This document shows, piece by piece, positions 9,088 through 20,300 of a stretch of 64,000 nucleotides of DNA. The position numbers and the translations under genes were made by a program. Numbering within the stretch: position 1 is the stretch's first letter; each line of letters starts with the position of its first letter. This stretch comes from Deltaproteobacteria bacterium (lineage in GTDB: Bacteria; Myxococcota; Kuafuiibacteriia; Kuafuiibacteriales; Kuafuiibacteriaceae): NCBI GenBank assembly GCA_040218735.1, contig JAVJQW010000057.1, positions 256,001 through 320,000 of the forward strand, given 5' to 3'. The notes beneath the pieces were generated by a model that had not been told where the DNA came from, made no database searches, and worked only from the letters and a program-made list of their open reading frames with translations.

Positions 9088-10197
9088 TCAGTCGGACGTC
9101 AGCGCCGCGGTCTGTTCCTTGATCGCGTCGCCCGACCACTCGTCGTCACGGCTCCGCTGGCCCGCACGTTCGATCTTCGCCTGCTTCTGACGCTCGACGA
9201 GGTCGAAGTGCGTCGTGAAGTACTCGAGCGCCTTGCCCTCGAAGTCCTTCAGCGTGGTGAAGCCCATCTCGTCCATGTACGCGAGGAGGTCGTCGCAGAG
9301 CTCGGTGATGATGTCGAAGCCGCGCAGCATCGCGCCCGTGCAGATCTGCACCGTGGACGAGCCCATCGCGATGAACTCGGCCGCGTCCATCGCGGTCTCG
9401 ATGCCACCGATGCCGCTGATCGACGCCTTGCCGTACAGCGCGCGTCCGATCTCCGAGACGTGCCGCAGCGCGATCGGACGGACCGCCTGCGCCGAGTAGC
9501 CGCCGGGCACGGTGTACCCCTCGACCGTCGGCCGCGGGCGGAGCTTCTTCAGGTCCACGCCGATCACCGAGAGGATCGTGTTGATCGCTGCGATGCCGTT
9601 CGCGCCCGCCTCGACCGCCGCGAGCGCAGGCTGCGTGATGTCCGTGATGTTGGGCGTCATCTTCGCCCACACCGGAATCGTCGCGACCTCGGTGACCCAG
9701 CCGACCACCTCCTTGGTGATCTCCGGCGACTGCCCCATCGCGGCGCCCATGCGTCGCTCCGGGAGGCCGTGCGGGCACGAGAGGTTCAGCTCGAAAGCGT
9801 CGACGCCCGTCTCCTGGACCTCCTTCGTGATGCGCTGCCACGCCGCCTTGTCGTACTCCTCCATGATGGAGGCGATGAGCATGTGCTCCGGGTACTCCTT
9901 TTTGACGTCGGCGAACTCTTCCAGCCACGTCTCGTAGGGGCGGTCGGAGATCAGCTCGATGTTCTCGAAGCCGATCACCTCGTTGTTGTCGCGTGACTTC
10001 AACTTCCCGTAGCGCGGCGCGACGTTGATGACCTTGCTGCTGTCGAGCGAGATCGTCTTGGCGACGACGCCGCCCCACCCGCGCTCGAAGGCCTTCTTGA
10101 TCACGCGCCCGTTCGTGCCGGGCGGGCCGGAGCCCAGCACGAAGGGGTTCTTGAACTTCATGCCGTCGACTTCGACGGCGAGCGTCGCTTTGCTCAT
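9088..10197 (-). CDS. preA: dihydropyrimidine dehydrogenase FMN subunit (PreA / plant PYD1 type)
   Basis: NPFVLGSGPPGTN, GFENIELISDR, ELNLSCPHG, KMTPN, INTI; no C-terminal 4Fe-4S Cys motifs. Confidence 0.9.
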   Translation of the reverse strand: MSKATLAVEVDGMKFKNPFVLGSGPPGTNGRVIKKAFERGWGGVVAKTISLDSSKVINVAPRYGKLKSRDNNEVIGFENIELISDRPYETWLEEFADVKKEYPEHMLIASIMEEYDKAAWQRITKEVQETGVDAFELNLSCPHGLPERRMGAAMGQSPEITKEVVGWVTEVATIPVWAKMTPNITDITQPALAAVEAGANGIAAINTILSVIGVDLKKLRPRPTVEGYTVPGGYSAQAVRPIALRHVSEIGRALYGKASISGIGGIETAMDAAEFIAMGSSTVQICTGAMLRGFDIITELCDDLLAYMDEMGFTTLKDFEGKALEYFTTHFDLVERQKQAKIERAGQRSRDDEWSGDAIKEQTAALTSD

Positions 10198-11069
10198 GGC
10201 AGCTGCTCCGTCATGTCGCCGTACGTCTCGGGGCGACGGTCACGGTAGAACTGCCAGGTGCGGCGGACCTCCTCGATCATGTCGAGGTCGATGTCCGCGA
10301 CGACGAGGTCGTCCTCGGTCTCGCTCCCGACCGCGAGCATCTGGCCGCGCGGATCACAGATGTAGCTCGACCCGTAGAAGTGGCCGATGTTCCACGGCGC
10401 CTCGGTGCCGACGCGGTTGCTCGCCGCGATGAAGTAACCGTTCGCGACGGCGTGCGCGGGCTGCTCGAGCTTCCACAGGTACTGCGAGAGACCGGCGACC
10501 GTCGCCGAAGGGTTGAAGACGATCTCCGCGCCGTTGAGGCCGAGCAGACGCGCGCCCTCCGGGAAGTGGCGGTCGTAGCAGATGTAGACGCCGACCTTGC
10601 CGTAGCGCGTGTCGAACACCGGGTACCCGAGGTTGCCGGGCTTGAAGTAGTACTTCTCCCAGAACCCATTCGTGTGCGGGATGTGGTTCTTGCGGTACTT
10701 GCCGAGGTAGGTGCCGTCGGCGTCGATGACCGCCGCGGTGTTGTAGTACACGCCGGGCTGCGTCCGCTCGTAGATCGGGACGACGATCACCATCTCGTAC
10801 TTCTTCGCGTACTCGGCCATCCGCTCGGTCGTCGGACCAGGGACCGCCTCCGCGGAGTCACACCACACGGGCTCCTGCGCGGGGCAGAAGTACGGAGTGT
10901 TGAAGATCTCCTGCAGGCCGAGCATCTGTACGCCGGCCTCGCCGGCCTTCTCGATCCACGGGATGTGCTTGGCCTCCATGGCCTCCATCACGTCCTTCAC
11001 CATCCCGTCACCCTCGGTGATCGGGGGACAGGACGTCTGGATGAGGCCAACCTTCACGTTACGCGGCAT
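10194..11069 (-). CDS. beta-ureidopropionase (nitrilase / carbon-nitrogen hydrolase family)
   Basis: LQEIF, YRKNHIP, FWEKYYFKPGNLG, ICYDRHFPE (E-K-C triad); co-transcribed with preA and the permease. Confidence 0.88.
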   Translation of the reverse strand: MPRNVKVGLIQTSCPPITEGDGMVKDVMEAMEAKHIPWIEKAGEAGVQMLGLQEIFNTPYFCPAQEPVWCDSAEAVPGPTTERMAEYAKKYEMVIVVPIYERTQPGVYYNTAAVIDADGTYLGKYRKNHIPHTNGFWEKYYFKPGNLGYPVFDTRYGKVGVYICYDRHFPEGARLLGLNGAEIVFNPSATVAGLSQYLWKLEQPAHAVANGYFIAASNRVGTEAPWNIGHFYGSSYICDPRGQMLAVGSETEDDLVVADIDLDMIEEVRRTWQFYRDRRPETYGDMTEQLP

Positions 11070-11220
11070 TCGAATCTTCTCCCTTCGCGAAAGGCGGCAA
11101 CCTCGCCTAGCGAAGATCCCGTGTCAATCCGTTGGGATCGTGGATGCCCGACCGGGATGACACCGCGCGTCAACGTGCGTTGCGGTGACGATTTCGACGG
11201 CGGGCGGGCACTGTAATGCT

Positions 11221-14112
11221 GTGAAGCGCTGGATTCTCGCGGCGGCGCTCGCCGCGGCCGGGTGTGTGTCGGAGTCGACGGACGACGATCTCGAAGCGTC
11301 CGTTGCCGCGCCGACCGCGCCGGAGCTCGTCGAGTTCGGTGAGGTCGGGCTGGACGGCGCCGCCGTCACGCGGGGCGTGGGGATCTTCAACCCCAACGCG
11401 TTCGCCGTGGAGGTCGAGTCGATCGCCATCGTGGGTGACCCGGCGTTCACGGTGATGGGGTTCTCGCGCCTGTCGTCGCTCGCCCCGCAGACGACGGAGG
11501 AGCTGAGGGTTCGTTTCGCCCCGACCGTGCTCGGACCGACGGCGGCCGAGCTGGTGCTCCGCGCCGGGGGTCACGAGGTTCGATCGCGCCTGACCGGTAT
11601 CGGCACGGACCCGGAGATCGCCGTGGCGCCGGTGGTGCTCGACTTCGGCAAGGTCGTCATCGACGAGGCCAAGACGTTGTCGGTGCAGCTGATGGCGACG
11701 GGCGACGGCGGGGTCTTCGCGATCGACCGCGACCAAAACGCTCGGCTCTGCGACGAGGATACCCGAGACGACTTCTGCTACGCGCAGCCGAGCATCAACG
11801 TCCCGTCCGGCGAAACGGTCGACCTCGAGCTCACGTTCATGCCGGTCGGCGTCGGGCGCACGCGCGGCTCGGTGCGGGTAGAGACCGCGCCCGGTGTGTG
11901 GGTCGAGATCGACATGCGCGGCACGGGCACGGACTCGCCGCTCGACTGCCCCGGGCACAACGTCGGCACCGTCAACCTCGGGACGTGTGTCGAGCACACC
12001 GTCCCCTGCGAGAACGTCGGCGTGGAGGCGGCGACCATCGTGGAAGCGACGCTCCTCGACAGCACCAGCTGGTCGCTCGCGCGCCCCGTCCCGGTTCGGG
12101 TCCTTCAAAGCGGCGAGGTCGGCGGCATCGACGTCGTCTTCTGCCCCACCGCGTTCGGCAGTGAAGGCGCCTCGCTGCGCGTCGAGGTGGCCTACGCCAT
12201 TCGCAGGAGCGACGCGTTCGCCCCGCTGATCGGTACCGGAGGTGGCGCGGACCTGTTGATGACGCCGAGCCGCCTCGACTTCGGCCTCGTGTCGACGGTG
12301 ACCCCGGGCCGCCGTGTGCTGAGTTTGGCGAACCTGGGCGCCGAGCACTTGGTGCTGTCGGACGTCACCGTGACGGCACCCTTCTCCACGACGTTCTCCA
12401 CGGCGTCCCTCGCGCCCGGCGAAGGGCTCGAGGTGACCGTGGAGCTGTCACCCACGGGGTCGGGGGCCGTGAACGGGACGCTGACCTTCGAGACCAACGA
12501 TCCGGACCGGCCGGTGGTCGAGGTTCCGTTGACCGGCGATGGAGTGGACGTCGGGCCCTGCACGTACGCGGTCGACGCGACGCTGGCGTTCGGCGAAGTC
12601 GAAGCGCAACGTGCCTTGCGGCGCGCGGTGCGAGTGACCAACGTGGGTTCGAGCCGATGTCTGATCACCGACGCCGAGATCACTTCGAGTTCGGAGTTCT
12701 CCGTGGATGCGACGTCGTCGCTGTGGATCGAGCCCGGGCGAACGGCGCTGCTCGGGGTCAAGTTCGCGCCCGATCTCACGGGGGGCGCACAAGCCTGGCT
12801 GACCGGGTCGATCTCGAGCACGGCGGCGCCGAGCTTCGAGGTGGAGTTGACCGGCGCGGGCGTAGACCGCGGACCACTGCTCGCTCCGGACGAGCTGATG
12901 TTCGGCGCGTTGGATTCGAGCTGCGGTGCGAAGGTGGAGTCGGTTCGGTTCTACAACCCACTGGATGTGAATCTGGAGTTGGGTTCGGTCGCACTCGACA
13001 TCGGTGACGCGGGCTTCGCGGTCACGGGGCTGCCGATGGGTTTGGAGAGTGGGCCCATCACGCTGGCGCCGGATGACTTCGTCGAGGTGGAGGTCACGTT
13101 CACGGCGATCGGGCCGAACGCGTACGCAGATGGGTTGGTCTTCGTCGGCATGGCCGCCGGGAGCGCATTCGAAGCGGTCGTGGGCTTGGAGGCGAGCTCG
13201 GGAGCTGGGCTGCTGCAGGTCGATCGATTCACGCAGGTGGGTACGCGGGCAGCGGACGTGTTGTACGTCATCGACTCGAGCAGCTCGACGGGCCAAGAGC
13301 AGATGGAGATATCGAGCAACGCGACGAACATCTTGCATGTCGCTCGCGGGATGGTCGGTGACTTCCAGATCGGCGTAGCGACGATGGATACGGGCGCGGA
13401 CTTGGGGCGGCTCGTCCACCCGGCCATCGGGGGCATGAGTCCGTACGGCGGTCCGCCGCAGCACAAGATCGTCACCGACGCGACCGCGCCCTCCCCCGCC
13501 GCCGTCCTCGAGTCGAACCTCCTGCGGGGGACCTCGGGCTCGGGCACGGAACGCGGCCTCGAGCCGGTGTATCTCGCGCTCACCGCACCCACCGCGCTCG
13601 GTCACAACGCAGGCTTCCTACGGCGCGACGCCGTGTTCGGCGTCATCATCCTGACCGACGAGCCGGACCTGTCGCCGCGCACGGTCGACTTCTACGCGGA
13701 CTTCTTCCGCTCCCTGAAGCAAGACGCCAACCAGGTCTCGTTCACCGCGATCTCCGGAGACATCCCGAGCGGCTGCAACGGCCCGGTCGGCTCCGCGGTG
13801 GCAGGCCCGCGCTACGCCGAGATGGTGCGTCGCACGGGTGGGTCGTTCCGTTCGATCTGCGACCAGGACTACACGGAGACCGCGATGAGTACGATGCGAA
13901 CGGCGGTTGGGTTCCGCGACAACGTCGTACTCACGACAGTACCCAACCCATCGACCCTAGAAGTCACCATCGATGGGTTCGTGGTGCCCGCGGTGGCTCC
14001 GTCGGGCACGGTGAACTGGCGCTACGAAAACGGGAAGGTGTGGTTCACGCCCTTCGCAGTGCCGGAGCCGGGGGCGGAGGTCGAGGTGCGGTACGCGGTG
14101 TCGTGCCTGTGA
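11221..14112 (+). CDS. lipoprotein with repeated choice-of-anchor D / ASH Ig-like domains and C-terminal VWA domain
   Basis: VKRWILAAALAAAGC lipobox; repeated (L)DFG.V...N.G...V.F.P...L.G.G units; DVLYVIDSSSS (MIDAS DxSxS), FLRRDA, ILTDEPD, SICDQDY, typical of myxobacterial VWA proteins. Confidence 0.8.
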   Translation: MKRWILAAALAAAGCVSESTDDDLEASVAAPTAPELVEFGEVGLDGAAVTRGVGIFNPNAFAVEVESIAIVGDPAFTVMGFSRLSSLAPQTTEELRVRFAPTVLGPTAAELVLRAGGHEVRSRLTGIGTDPEIAVAPVVLDFGKVVIDEAKTLSVQLMATGDGGVFAIDRDQNARLCDEDTRDDFCYAQPSINVPSGETVDLELTFMPVGVGRTRGSVRVETAPGVWVEIDMRGTGTDSPLDCPGHNVGTVNLGTCVEHTVPCENVGVEAATIVEATLLDSTSWSLARPVPVRVLQSGEVGGIDVVFCPTAFGSEGASLRVEVAYAIRRSDAFAPLIGTGGGADLLMTPSRLDFGLVSTVTPGRRVLSLANLGAEHLVLSDVTVTAPFSTTFSTASLAPGEGLEVTVELSPTGSGAVNGTLTFETNDPDRPVVEVPLTGDGVDVGPCTYAVDATLAFGEVEAQRALRRAVRVTNVGSSRCLITDAEITSSSEFSVDATSSLWIEPGRTALLGVKFAPDLTGGAQAWLTGSISSTAAPSFEVELTGAGVDRGPLLAPDELMFGALDSSCGAKVESVRFYNPLDVNLELGSVALDIGDAGFAVTGLPMGLESGPITLAPDDFVEVEVTFTAIGPNAYADGLVFVGMAAGSAFEAVVGLEASSGAGLLQVDRFTQVGTRAADVLYVIDSSSSTGQEQMEISSNATNILHVARGMVGDFQIGVATMDTGADLGRLVHPAIGGMSPYGGPPQHKIVTDATAPSPAAVLESNLLRGTSGSGTERGLEPVYLALTAPTALGHNAGFLRRDAVFGVIILTDEPDLSPRTVDFYADFFRSLKQDANQVSFTAISGDIPSGCNGPVGSAVAGPRYAEMVRRTGGSFRSICDQDYTETAMSTMRTAVGFRDNVVLTTVPNPSTLEVTIDGFVVPAVAPSGTVNWRYENGKVWFTPFAVPEPGAEVEVRYAVSCL

Positions 14113-14310
14113 TCCGAGGCCCGAAACAGGACCCGAATCTCGATTCGAGACCAGACCACGGACCCTGTAGACCACGCCCGAGACCCGCTTCAGTTTTGAA
14201 AGCTCCCGTTCCCGGCAGCCCCGTGTAAACGTGCTCGAACTTTCGTACAGGTGCAGAATTAGAACAGATTTGACACACAACGGCGGTAGACATTGCGTCC
14301 GCGGTTGCAG

Positions 14311-17300
14311 ATGGTGCACGCCGTGCCCCGTACCCTCCTCGCCTCGTATCTCATTCTGAACGGCCTCCTTCCGGCGGCCGCGCTCGCTCAGACGACGGTC
14401 GCTCTTCCGCCGAGCGGGCTCTCGACGGCGTGGGACATCGGCAACGATGGGACGTTCGACAACGTGAACGCGGGCAACTGCAACGTCGTCTCCGGGTCCC
14501 TGGAGGCACGGTGCCTCGTATCGTTCAACGTATCGACGCTGACGACGCCGATCGCACACGCCTATCTGGAGCTTGCGCAGTCATCGTACGTCTCGAGCGG
14601 CTCGCCCGTCCGAATCTCCCTGTTCACCGACGATGGCGTACTCACGACGTTGGATGCGACCACCGCCGCAACCGAAGCCGGAACGTACCTGCCGACGGAG
14701 GTCGGCACTGCGGTGAGGCTCATCCCACTGGACGCCAACGTCCTTCAGGCAGCCATCAACAATCAGACTTGGCTCGGCGTCCGGATCGAGGCCGTGACGG
14801 GCCAGAGCGACATCGACATCGGCTTCGTTCAGCTCCACGTGACACCCATGCTCCCGGAGCTCTCCGTCGAAGGTGGATTTCCGCGCGTCACCTTTGGCGA
14901 GGGGCACTTCGGTTATCGGGTATGCAATACCGGCGGCGCCGACGTGACCTCGGCCGTCGAGCTCGGCTTGTACCGCAGCACCGACACCCAGTTCGGGCCC
15001 CCCGACGAAGTCGTCGCGACGATCAACATCCCGGCAGCCCAGCTGACCGCCGGCGCCTGCGTCGTCCATGACGCGATCGTACCGGTCACGCCTACGCCCA
15101 CCGCGCTCTACTACGGCTTCAACGTCGACCCGAACAACCTCATCGCCGAGATCGACGAGTCGAACAACAGAAGCACCGGCGCTGCCATCGGAGCAGGAAG
15201 TGGTCCCGACCTGCTGATTCGGCGCTTGGAAGTCGTCCCCTACCTCGATAGCAACCCGCGGATCGAAGTCGAGATCTGCAACCAAGGCGACGTCGCGTCC
15301 GGTCAGTTCCTACTCACGGTCGGGCACGCCGTGGCATCGACCTTTGCTCGAACACCGCGATTCAGCAATGTGAGGCCGAGCCTCGAGGCCCACGCCTGCT
15401 ATACGCTCTCCTATTCCCTGCCGACGCCGGTTAACGCGGACTCGATCGACCGACGTTACTACGCAGACGTCGATGTGGACGGCCTGATCGCGGAGACGAA
15501 CGAGCGCAACAATCGAATCTACGGTGAGAACGTGAACTTCTCTCCAAACCCAGACCTGGACGTCGAGATCCGAGGCCCGTCCCATACGTTCGATCAACGC
15601 CCATCCTATGACGTCTACGTCTGCAACCGAAACGCGGCGAACCCACAGGAGACGATCGTTCGCCTCTACGCGCTCAGCGAACCCATCGTACCTCCCAACC
15701 CTCTGAGCTCTACAGAGGGGAGCTTCGATCTCGGGTCCGAGGATTGCGCGGCCTTCTCTCTACAATCGAACCTTCCTGCACAAGGGACGTGGTACGTCGC
15801 AGCACACGCGGACCCACTTCACGCCGTCGTGGAGGGAGACCTCCGGAACAACGTTGCGTTCCATCGGGTCACGTGGACTTCGAGCTACGACCTTTCGATC
15901 GCGGCCCTGGACGTCCCCGAGGTCATCGCCACCAACGGAGCCCCGCCCCCACTGACGGCGTCCGTGTGCAACGAAGGCTTCGCGGCATCCCCCGCCACGT
16001 CCTTGGCCGTCAGCGCCAACCCGACGATCGGGTACGGAGCCGCCGACGTCGTGCCCGCCGCCACGCTGCTCAGCGTTCCGAGCCTTCAACCCGGCGGTTG
16101 CATCGATCTCACCGCATCCGTGCCCGTACCGACCTTCACGGGCGCTCGCCTGCACTCTGCCGTGCGCGTCTCTCTGGACCCGGGCGGAACACTCGGGGCG
16201 GACGCCGACCCGCTGGACCACGCGCGAACGGCCCGGGTCGTCTTCGGATCAGACGTGAACTTCACCGTGAGCAGTGTCGGCGTCCCCGCGTCGTTCGAGG
16301 TTGGGGCGCCAGGCTCAGTCGAGGCGACCGTGTGCAACTCGGGCGGCGTCGCCGCAGTTCGACCGGCGGTGTCCTTCGTGTACGGTTACGACCGAGTCGT
16401 ACCGGGAGCCAACGACTACCACGTCGGCGATCCGTTGTTCCCCTTCGGCTCCGTACCGGCGGGCGGCGTCCTCGCCGCGGGTAGCTGCGAGGTCGTCGCC
16501 GCGACGGGTTCCATCCACGCCTCGGATGGCAGGACGTTCGTGGGTGCCAGCCTGGATCGTACGGCAACTCAGATCTCCTACGTGGACGCGCTAGCGACGA
16601 GCCCTCGAACGTTCACGACTTTTCCCGGCGGTCCTGTCTTCGAGTTGGCCAATGTCAGCGTGGCGGTGAACGGCATGGGTGGGTCAGGCACCTTGTCCTA
16701 TGACCTGTGCAACGTCGGCTACGGCCCCGTCACGGGGCCGGTCACGATCAGTGTCATTCGCTACTTCGACGCCGAGCGCTCGTTCTCCTCAGGCAGCGCA
16801 GATCGACTCGTAGCGAGCGAAGTCGTGTCCACGTCCTTGGCCGTCGGCGCATGTCTGTCGCGTACCGCTGCCATTGCAACCTCTGGCTACTTCGTCATCC
16901 AGGTCTCGGGAGGAGGAGGCGTTCCCGTCAGGACCTTCGTCCCGATCGCGGCGACTATCCCAAGGGTCTCCGATTTGTTCGTACAACAGCTGACCGCGGC
17001 AACTCAGGTCACCGGAGCGACATTCCCCGTAACCATTCAGCTCTGTAGCGGCGAGGGAGCCACTGCGCAGCCGCCCGTCGCATTCTATCTCTCGAATGAC
17101 GCGCAGGTCGTGAGCACCGACGAAGACCCGCTCACGACGGACGTCGTCATCGCAAGCGGCATGGGCGTCGCGCTGCAGCAGAACACGTGCGAGGACATCA
17201 CCTACAACCTCCCCACCCCGCCGACCAACGGAACCTTTTACTTGGGTGCGTTCGTAAACAGTGGGTTCGCCGTCGCAGAGGACGTCACCAACAACAACAT

Positions 17301-20300
17301 GAGTCCGGCCCACATGTTCACCGTCGGTGCGCCCGCGCCGTGCGGTGACGGAACCCTCGATACCGGCGAGGAATGCGATGATGGCAACACCCTGTCCGGT
17401 GACGGCTGCGACGCCGCCTGCGTCCTCGAGTACTGCGGCGATGGTGTCACGAACAACACAAACGAGACGTGCGACGACGGCAACGTCGTCGCCGGGGACG
17501 GCTGTAGCTCGACGTGTGTGTCGGAGTTCTGCGGCGATGGCGTCGTCAACAACAGCGGCGCCGAGACGTGCGATGACGGCAACACGGTACCCGGGGATGG
17601 CTGCGACGCGGCCTGTCAGTACGAAACGCAACCGAACGGCCCGGATCTCACGATTGAGGGTGGGTTCCCGCCTGTCATCGCGAGCGATGGGCACTTCGGA
17701 TACCGCGTCTGCAACCGCGGAAATTCGGACGTCGCGCCGACCGCGCAGGTGGGGATCCGATTGGTTCGCGGCCCGGATTCCTCCGTGGATCTCATCGACA
17801 CCGTGGTCGCCGACATCTTCGTGAGCGCAGCTCAACTCACCGCGGGCAACTGCAGCATTGCGGACTTCACGACCGCCGTCGCGGCGGCGCCGTCGGCCGA
17901 CCACTTCGGATTCATCGTCGACCCGCAGAACCAGATCATCGAGAGCGACGAGTCGAACAATCAAACGGTGGCACAGCCGATCGGCACCGGGTCAGGCGTC
18001 GACCTCTGGATCGAGCAAGTCGAAGTGGGTGGCTCCCAGACGTCCCAGACCGCCCTCCACTCGGTTCACGTGTGCAACCTGGGTGATACGGCGGCCGGGC
18101 CCTACTCCGTCGTGACGGGGCACGTCGATGTCAACGGAGCCACGACCGTGGCGGGCACCCGCCAGCTGCCCGGCTTGTCCGCTCATGCCTGTACGGTCGT
18201 TTGGTTTCAACAGGTCTTCGCTTCGACAACGGGAAATGTTCGGGTCTACGCCCAAGTAGATGCGGCGAACCAGGTGTCGGAGCTCAACGAGCACAACAAC
18301 CGGCACTACGCTGACGAGAGGAACTTCGATCCAGGCCCGGACGGCGAGGTCACCATTGCGGGCTCGCGCCTAACCGGGAACGGCGCGTTCAGAGTCGCGT
18401 CGTACCTATGCCCCCGCGTGTCCAACACCCCTATTGGCGCCGTCGTAGATAACTTCATTTCATCCGATACCGCCTATCAGCCCTCCGATCTCCTGTTCGA
18501 CTCTGGGCTCGTGAGCTCGCCCATCAATCAGTGCGCCCGTCGGGTGAGCGACGGTACACTCCCGAGTCCCGGCGTGTGGCAAATTGGTGCGTTCGCCGAC
18601 CGCGCGCAGACCACGTCCGATCCCGATCGTCGCAACAACGAGGCCTACCTGCCCGTCGTGTTCACGACGAGCTACGACCTGGAGCTCTCCGCGCTGGAGA
18701 TCGATCCCGTTCAGGCCATCGGCGCCCCTGGTCAGGCAACCGTTACGATCTGCAACCGAGGCGCTGCGACGGCACCTGCAACTACGGTGGCTCTTCATCT
18801 CAACCCATTGCGAATCGGCGCCCCCGGCGACGACGTCGGTATCGCCCCGGCTCATGCGGTGCCATCGCTTTCACCTGAGACCTGCACCACGCTCACGGTA
18901 CCCGTCCCCAGCAACCCATCCACATCGGCACGTATCGTCACTGGACTCCACGCGTTGCTGGATCCCGCCGGCGCGCTCGCCCAAGACGCGGACCCGACCA
19001 ATCAACAGGCGTGGGTGCCGGTCACCCGGGGAGCTGGAACCAACTTCCGAGTCACGTCGTTGACCGTACCGGACCCCGTCGTCCGCCACGCGCCTTTCAA
19101 CATACAAGCGACGGTCTGTAACTTCGGAGACACCGGCGCGGCCCGCCCCGCCGCCGAGTTCCTCTCGAGCTTCGGGGGTCCGGTCATCGCGCTTCAGGAT
19201 ACGACGTCGGCGGCCATCACCGCGCTCGGCAGCGCACCAACCGGAGCCTTCTTGGCGCCGGGGGCTTGCGAGGACATCAACGCGACGGTGACCCACACAT
19301 GGCACTCGCGCGTCAGTGAATTCGGCGTCAGCCTCGCTCGATCGACCGGGTCACTCGAACTCACGTTCGCGGATGATATGGCCGTCGTCCGGCGCGAGGT
19401 CGTCGACAATCAGGCCGCACTGCGCGTCGTCAATCCTTCGATCGTGCGTTTCGGATCGAGCGCCGGCCTCGCTACCTACGAGGTCTGCAACGTAGGCACA
19501 GCGCCGACCACGAACGACGGCGTACAGTTCCTCCGCCACTACGACCCGGACTACAGGTATCGAGTCATCGGCGCGGCAGGCTACTCCTTCGACACGCTCC
19601 CCGTCTTGCAGCCGGGCGCGTGCCTTTCGAGATCACTACAGCTCAACGAGGGTGGTGGCTATGTGCGCGTGCGGACGATCGCCGGCGGCCATGGCTCCGA
19701 TCATCCCGTACGGCTTGGGCAGGTCTGGAACACCACGGGGAACGACCTCTACGTGGAGCAGTTCACCGCACCGGCCAGTGGCCCCGCATCGTTCACGGCG
19801 ACCGCGCGCGTGTGCAACTCCGGGTTCGGATCGATCCCGGCGTCGACGCTCGCCGTGTACGCGTCCTACGACGCGACCGTCACCAGCCTCGACGTCGATC
19901 CGGGCTCGATCGATACGATTCTGACCACCGCGGTCGTCCCCGCATTGGTCGGGGCAACGTGCGCCGACATCACGATTCCGGGAGTACCGTCCGCAGGCGC
20001 GGTCGGCGATCGCTACGTCGCGGCCGTCGCGAACCATGGCCTCTCCGTCTTGGCCGACACCATTGCGGAGAACAACGTGGGCCCGGTCAGCGCGATCACC
20101 TTCACGGGTCAGCTCTGCGGCGATGGGATCGCGGACGGCGGAGAGGAGTGCGACGACGGCAATGGCGTAGACGGCGATGGCTGCACGGCTGCCTGCATCG
20201 CCGAGTTCTGCGGCGACGGCGTCATCAACGACACGGACGAGACCTGCGACGACAGTAACGCGATCGCGGGCGACGGCTGCGGCGTCACCTGCCAGATCGA

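Noticed and set aside
14270-14298. sigma70 promoter for the giant gene
   Set aside because: A perfect TTGACA at 14270 but no credible -10 at 16-18 nt spacing.
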